Source: Paramoeba atlantica
Lineage: Eukaryota; Protista; Discosea
Length of the DNA: 64,000 bases
Assembly: GCA_977017575.1 (NCBI GenBank)
Contig: CDRNVI010000083.1
Span: 248,001-312,000 of the forward strand
Direction: 5' to 3'
Each line of letters begins with the position of its first letter. Position 1 is the first letter of the stretch. The notes below the pieces were generated by a model. It was not told the DNA's origin and did not search any database. It worked only from the letters and a program-made list of their open reading frames with translations. The translations under genes were made by a program, and so were the position numbers. Shown piece by piece: positions 57,401 to 64,000 of this stretch.

Positions 57401-60400
57401 TTGTTAAGCCCCTTTCTTTTGTTAAGCCCCTTTCTTTTGTTAAGACCCTTTCTTTTGTTAAGACCCTTTCTTTTGTTAAGCCCCTTTCTTTTGTTAAGAC
57501 CCTTTCTTTTGTTAAGAACCTTTCTTTTGTTAAGACCCTTTCTTTTGTTAAGACCCTTTCTTTTGTTAAGACCCTTTCTTTTGTTAAGACCCTTTCTTTT
57601 GTTAAGACCTTTTCTTTTGTTAAGACCCTTTCTTTTGTTAAGACCCTTTCTTTTGTTAAGCCCCTTTCTTTTGTTAAGACCCTTTCTTTTGTTAAGCCCC
57701 TTTCTTTTGTTAAGCCCCTTTCTTTTGTTAAGCCCCTTTCTTTTGTAAAGCCCCTTTCTTTTGTTAAGACCCTTTCTTTTGTTAAGACCCTTTCTTTTGT
57801 TAAGACCCTTTCTTTTGTTAAGCCCCTTTCTTTTGTTAAGACCCTTTCTTTTGTTAAGACCCTTTCTTTTGTTAAGACCCTTTCTTTTGTTAAGACCCTT
57901 TCTTTTGTTAAGACCCTTTCTTTTGTTAAGACCCTTTCTTTTGTTAAAACCCTTTCTTTTGTTAAGCCCCTTTCTTTTGTTAAGCCCCTTTCTTTTGTTA
58001 AGACCCTTTCTTTTGTTAAGACCCTTTCTTTTGTTAAGACCCTTTCTTTTGTTAAGACCCTTTCTTTTGTTAAGCCCCTTTCTTTTGTTAAGACCCTTTC
58101 TTTTGTTAAGACCCTTTCTTTTGTTAAGACCCTTTCTTTTGTTAAGACCCTTTCTTTTGTTAAGACCCTTTCTTTTATTAAGACCCTTTCTTTTGTTAAG
58201 ACCCTTTCTTTTGTTAAGCCCCTTTCTTTTGTTAAGCCCCTTTCTTTTGTTAAGACCCTTTCTTTTGTTAAGCCCCTTTCTTTTGTTAAGCCCCTTTCTT
58301 TTGTTAAGACCCTTTCTTTTGTTAAGACCCTTTCTTTTGTTAAGACCCTTTCTTTTGTTAAGCCCCTTTCTTTTGTTAAGACCCTTTCTTTTGTTAAGAC
58401 CCTTTCTTTTGTTAAGACCCTTTCTTTTGTTAAGACCCTTTCTTTTGTTAAGACCCTTTCTTTTGTTAAGCCCCTTTCTTTTGTTAAGACCCTTTCTTTT
58501 GTTAAGACCCTTTCTTTTGTTAAGACCCTTTCTTTTGTTAAGACCCTTTCTTTTGTTAAGACCCTTTCTTTTGTTAAGACCCTTTCTTTTGTTAAAACCC
58601 TTTCTTTTGTTAAGCCCCTTTCTTTTGTTAAGCCCCTTTCTTTTGTTAAGACCCTTTCTTTTGTTAAGCCCCTTTCTTTTGTTAAGACCCTTTCTTTTGT
58701 TAAGACCCTTTCTTTTGTTAAGACCCTTTCTTTTGTTAAGCCCCTTTCTTTTGTTAAGACCCTTTCTTTTGTTAAGACCCTTTCTTTTGTTAAGCCCCTT
58801 TCTTTTGTTAAGACCCTTTCTTTTGTTAAGCCCCTTTCTTTTGTTAAGACCCTTTCTTTTGTTAAAACCCTTTCTTTTGTTAAGCCCCTTTCTTTTGTTA
58901 AGACCCTTTCTTTTGTTAAGCCCCTTTCTTTTGTTAAGACCCTTTCTTTTGTTAAGACCCTTTCTTTTGTTAAGCCCCTTTCTTTTGTTAAGACCCTTTC
59001 TTTTGTTAAGACCCTTTCTTTTGTTAAGACCCTTTCTTTTGTTAAGCCCCTTTTTTTTGTTAAGACCCTTTCTTTTGTTAAGACCCTTTCTTTTGTTAAG
59101 ACCCTTTCTTTTGTTAAGACCCTTTCTTTTGTTAAGACCCTTTCTTTTGTTAAGACCCTTTCTTTTGCTAAGACCCTTCCTTTTGTTAAGACCCTTTCTT
59201 TTGTTAAGACCCTTTCTTTTGTTAAGACCCTTTCTTTTGTTAAGACCCTTTCTTTTGTTAAGACCCTTTCTTTTGCTAAGACCCTTCCTTTTGTTAAGAC
59301 CCTTTCTTTTGTTAAGACCCTTTCTTTTGTTAAGACCCTTTCTTTTGTTAAGACCCTTTCTTTTGTTAAGACCCTTTCTTTTGTTAAGACCCTTTCTTTT
59401 GTTAAGACCCTTTCTTTTGTTAAGACCCTTTCTTTTGTTAAGACCCTTTCTTTTGTTAAGACCCTTTCTTTTGTTAAGACCCTTTCTTTTGTTAAGACCC
59501 TTTCTTTTGTTAAGACCCTTTCTTTTGTTAAGACCCTTTCTTTTGTTAAGACCCTTTCTTTTATTAAGATCCTTTCTTTTGTTAAGACCCTTTCTTTTGT
59601 TAAGCCCCTTTCTTTTGTTAAGCCCCTTTCTTTTGTTAAGACCCTTTCTTTTGTTAAGCCCCTTTCTTTTGTTAAGACCCTTTCTTTTGTTAAGACCCTT
59701 TCTTTTGTTAAGACCTTTTCTTTTGTTAAGACCCTTTCTTTTGTTAAGCCCCTTTCTTTTGTTAAGACCCTTTCTTTTGTTAAGACCCTTTCTTTTGTTA
59801 AGACCCTTTCTTTTGTTAAGACCCTTTCTTTTGTTAAGACCCTTTCTTTTGTTAAAACCCTTTCTTTTGTTAAGCCCCTTTCTTTTGTTAAGACCCTTTC
59901 TTTTGTTAAAACCCTTTCTTTTGTTAAGACCCTTTCTTTTGTTAAGACCCTTTCTTTTGTTAAGCCCCTTTCTTTTGTTAAGACCCTTTCTTTTGTTAAG
60001 ACCCTTTCTTTTGTTAAGCCCCTTTCTTTTGTTAAGCCCCTTTCTTTTGTTAAGACCCTTTCTTTTGTTAAGACCCTTTCTTTTGTTAAGCCCCTTTCTT
60101 TTGTTAAGACCTTTTCTTTTGTTAAGCCCCTTTTTTTTGTTAAGACCCTTTCTTTTGTTAAGACCCTTTCTTTTGTTAAGACCCTTTCTTTTGTTAAGAC
60201 CCTTTCTTTTGTTAAGACCCTTTCTTTTGTTAAAACCCTTTCTTTTGTTAAGCCCCTTTCTTTTGTTAAGACCCTTTCTTTTGTTAAGACCCTTTCTTTT
60301 GTTAAGACCCTTTCTTTTGTTAAGCCCCTTTCTTTTGTTAAGACCCTTTCTTTTGTTAAGACCCTTTCTTTTGTTAAGACCCTTTCTTTTGTTAAGACCC

Positions 60401-63400
60401 TTTCTTTTGTTAAAACCCTTTCTTTTGTTAAGCCCCTTTCTTTTGTTAAGCCCCTTTCTTTTGTTAAGACCCTTTCTTTTGTTAAGACCCTTTCTTTTGT
60501 TAAGACCCTTTCTTTTGTTAAGACCCTTTCTTTTGTTAAGACCCTTTCTTTTGTTAAGACCCTTTCTTTTGTTAAGACCCTTTCTTTTGTTAAGACCCTT
60601 TCTTTTGTTAAGACCCTTTCTTTTGTTAAGCCCCTTTCTTTTGTTAAGACCCTTTCTTTTGTTAAGACCCTTTCTTTTGTTAAGACCCTTTCTTTTGTTA
60701 AGCCCCTTTTTTTTGTTAAGACCCTTTCTTTTGTTAAGACCCTTTCTTTTGTTAAGACCCTTTCTTTTGTTAAGACCCTTTCTTTTGTTAAGCCCCTTTC
60801 TTTTGTTAAGACCCTTTCTTTTGTTAAGACCCTTTCTTTTGTTAAGACCCTTTCTTTTGTTAAGACCCTTTCTTTTGTTAAGCCCCTTTTTTTTGTTAAG
60901 ACCCTTTCTTTTGTTAAGACCCTTTCTTTTGTTAAGCCCCTTTCTTTTGTTAAGACCCTTTCTTTTGTTAAGACCCTTTCTTTTGTTAAGACCCTTTCTT
61001 TTGTTAAGACCCTTTCTTTTGTTAAGACCCTTTCTTTTGTTAAGACCCTTTCTTTTGTTAAAACCCTTTCTTTTGTTAAGCCCCTTTCTTTTGTTAAGAC
61101 CCTTTCTTTTGTTAAGACCCTTTCTTTTGTTAAGACCCTTTCTTTTGTTAAGACCCTTTCTTTTGTTAAGCCCCTTTCTTTTGTTAAGACCCTTTCTTTT
61201 GTTAAGACCCTTTCTTTTGTTAAGACCCTTTCTTTTGTTAAGACCCTTTCTTTTGTTAAGACCCTTTCTTTTATTAAGACCCTTTCTTTTGTTAAGACCC
61301 TTTCTTTTGTTAAGCCCCTTTCTTTTGTTAAGCCCCTTTCTTTTGTTAAGACCCTTTCTTTTGTTAAGCCCCTTTCTTTTGTTAAGCCCCTTTCTTTTGT
61401 TAAGACCCTTTCTTTTGTTAAGACTCTTTCTTTTGTTAAGCCCCTTTCTTTTGTTAAGACCCTTTCTTTTGTTAAGACCCTTTCTTTTGTTAAGACCCTT
61501 TCTTTTGTTAAGACCCTTTCTTTTGTTAAGACCCTTTCTTTTGTTAAGCCCCTTTCTTTTGTTAAGACCCTTTCTTTTGTTAAGACCCTTTCTTTTGTTA
61601 AGACCCTTTCTTTTGTTAAGACCCTTTCTTTTGTTAAGACCCTTTCTTTTGTTAAGACCCTTTCTTTTGTTAAAACCCTTTCTTTTGTTAAGCCCCTTTC
61701 TTTTGTTAAGCCCCTTTCTTTTGTTAAGACCCTTTCTTTTGTTAAGCCCCTTTCTTTTGTTAAGACCCTTTCTTTTGTTAAGACCCTTTCTTTTGTTAAG
61801 ACCCTTTCTTTTGTTAAGACCCTTTCTTTTGTTAAGACCCTTTCTTTTGTTAAAACCCTTTCTTTTGTTAAGCCCCTTTCTTTTGTTAAGACCCTTTCTT
61901 TTGTTAAAACCCTTTCTTTTGTTAAGCCCCTTTCTTTTGTTAAGCCCCTTTCTTTTGTTAAGACCCTTTCTTTTGTTAAGACCCTTTCTTTTGTTAAGCC
62001 CCTTTCTTTTGTTAAGACCCTTTCTTTTGTTAAGAACCTTTCTTTTGTTAAGACCCTTTCTTTTGTTAAGACCCTTTCTTTTGTTAAGACCCTTTCTTTT
62101 GTTAAGACCCTTTCTTTTGTTAAGACCTTTTCTTTTGTTAAGACCCTTTCTTTTGTTAAGACCCTTTCTTTTGTTAAGCCCCTTTCTTTTGTTAAGACCC
62201 TTTCTTTTGTTAAGCCCCTTTCTTTTGTTAAGCCCCTTTCTTTTGTTAAGCCCCTTTCTTTTGTAAAGCCCCTTTCTTTTGTTAAGACCCTTTCTTTTGT
62301 TAAGACCCTTTCTTTTGTTAAGACCCTTTCTTTTGTTAAGCCCCTTTCTTTTGTTAAGACCCTTTCTTTTGTTAAGACCCTTTCTTTTGTTAAGACCCTT
62401 TCTTTTGTTAAGACCCTTTCTTTTGTTAAGACCCTTTCTTTTGTTAAGACCCTTTCTTTTGTTAAAACCCTTTCTTTTGTTAAGCCCCTTTCTTTTGTTA
62501 AGCCCCTTTCTTTTGTTAAGACCCTTTCTTTTGTTAAGACCCTTTCTTTTGTTAAGACCCTTTCTTTTGTTAAGACCCTTTCTTTTGTTAAGCCCCTTTC
62601 TTTTGTTAAGACCCTTTCTTTTGTTAAGACCCTTTCTTTTGTTAAGACCCTTTCTTTTGTTAAGACCCTTTCTTTTGTTAAGACCCTTTCTTTTATTAAG
62701 ACCCTTTCTTTTGTTAAGACCCTTTCTTTTGTTAAGCCCCTTTCTTTTGTTAAGCCCCTTTCTTTTGTTAAGACCCTTTCTTTTGTTAAGCCCCTTTCTT
62801 TTGTTAAGCCCCTTTCTTTTGTTAAGACCCTTTCTTTTGTTAAGACCCTTTCTTTTGTTAAGACCCTTTCTTTTGTTAAGCCCCTTTCTTTTGTTAAGAC
62901 CCTTTCTTTTGTTAAGACCCTTTCTTTTGTTAAGACCCTTTCTTTTGTTAAGACCCTTTCTTTTGTTAAGACCCTTTCTTTTGTTAAGCCCCTTTCTTTT
63001 GTTAAGACCCTTTCTTTTGTTAAGACCCTTTCTTTTGTTAAGACCCTTTCTTTTGTTAAGACCCTTTCTTTTGTTAAGACCCTTTCTTTTGTTAAGACCC
63101 TTTCTTTTGTTAAAACCCTTTCTTTTGTTAAGCCCCTTTCTTTTGTTAAGCCCCTTTCTTTTGTTAAGACCCTTTCTTTTGTTAAGCCCCTTTCTTTTGT
63201 TAAGACCCTTTCTTTTGTTAAGACCCTTTCTTTTGTTAAGACCCTTTCTTTTGTTAAGCCCCTTTCTTTTGTTAAGACCCTTTCTTTTGTTAAGACCCTT
63301 TCTTTTGTTAAGCCCCTTTCTTTTGTTAAGACCCTTTCTTTTGTTAAGCCCCTTTCTTTTGTTAAGACCCTTTCTTTTGTTAAAACCCTTTCTTTTGTTA

Positions 63401-64000
63401 AGCCCCTTTCTTTTGTTAAGACCCTTTCTTTTGTTAAGCCCCTTTCTTTTGTTAAGACCCTTTCTTTTGTTAAGACCCTTTCTTTTGTTAAGCCCCTTTC
63501 TTTTGTTAAGACCCTTTCTTTTGTTAAGACCCTTTCTTTTGTTAAGACCCTTTCTTTTGTTAAGCCCCTTTTTTTTGTTAAGACCCTTTCTTTTGTTAAG
63601 ACCCTTTCTTTTGTTAAGACCCTTTCTTTTGTTAAGACCCTTTCTTTTGTTAAGACCCTTTCTTTTGTTAAGACCCTTTCTTTTGCTAAGACCCTTCCTT
63701 TTGTTAAGACCCTTTCTTTTGTTAAGACCCTTTCTTTTGTTAAGACCCTTTCTTTTGTTAAGACCCTTTCTTTTGTTAAGACCCTTTCTTTTGCTAAGAC
63801 CCTTCCTTTTGTTAAGACCCTTTCTTTTGTTAAGACCCTTTCTTTTGTTAAGACCCTTTCTTTTGTTAAGACCCTTTCTTTTGTTAAGACCCTTTCTTTT
63901 GTTAAGACCCTTTCTTTTGTTAAGACCCTTTCTTTTGTTAAGACCCTTTCTTTTGTTAAGACCCTTTCTTTTGTTAAGACCCTTTCTTTTGTTAAGACCC
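51471..64000. repeat. 18-bp satellite array 2 (about 696 units, runs off the window end)
   Basis: Same consensus, variants and register (63985-51475 = 695 x 18). Confidence 0.99.

Noticed and set aside
33705-62266. Giant ORFs (up to 5,593 aa) of FVKTLS, LLRPFL, NKRKGL and TKERVL repeats
   Set aside because: The 18-bp unit is a multiple of 3 and happens to be stop-free in four frames. Very few single substitutions create stops (for example only AAG to TAG in the FVKTLS frame), so long ORFs are expected without selection.
33837-64000. Canonical telomere
   Set aside because: The GGG-containing purine strand points leftward, toward unique DNA, not toward the window end, and the unit is unlike TTAGGG. 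An unusual telomere or an interstitial relic cannot be fully excluded without the chromosome context.

Overview
Eukaryotic, repeat-dominated window. It is probably from a euglenozoan (kinetoplastid- or diplonemid-like), inferred from three copies of a spliced-leader (SL) exon-like sequence, (AA)TCTTTAACGATAAAGATACAGTTTCTGTACCTTGTTG. Bases 1-22 kb are a transposon graveyard: hAT remnants, a Helitron-like PIF1 plus Ulp1-protease remnant, one apparently intact Tc1, a decayed Tc1 carrying a nested MITE, DIRS/VIPER-like RT-RNaseH remnants, gag remnants and minisatellites. The only recognisable host gene there is SRP19. Bases 23-33.8 kb are a head-to-tail chain of CRE-clade (RT + restriction-like endonuclease) non-LTR retrotransposons from two families, plus an SL-headed non-autonomous derivative. 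They sit at a nearly fixed position within an 18-bp repeat (TCTTTTGTTAAGACCCTT). Bases 33.8-64 kb are about 29 kb of that same 18-bp satellite, in perfect register and with higher-order structure. It is interrupted once by a 1.07-kb TIR element with a 9-bp TSD that carries an SL-headed retrocopy. The most novel-looking features are the satellite-targeted CRE system, the genomic SL-headed retrocopies, and an Ataxin-2/PBP1 LsmAD-like domain at the N-terminus of one CRE ORF. All family assignments are from motif recognition by eye; no searches were run.
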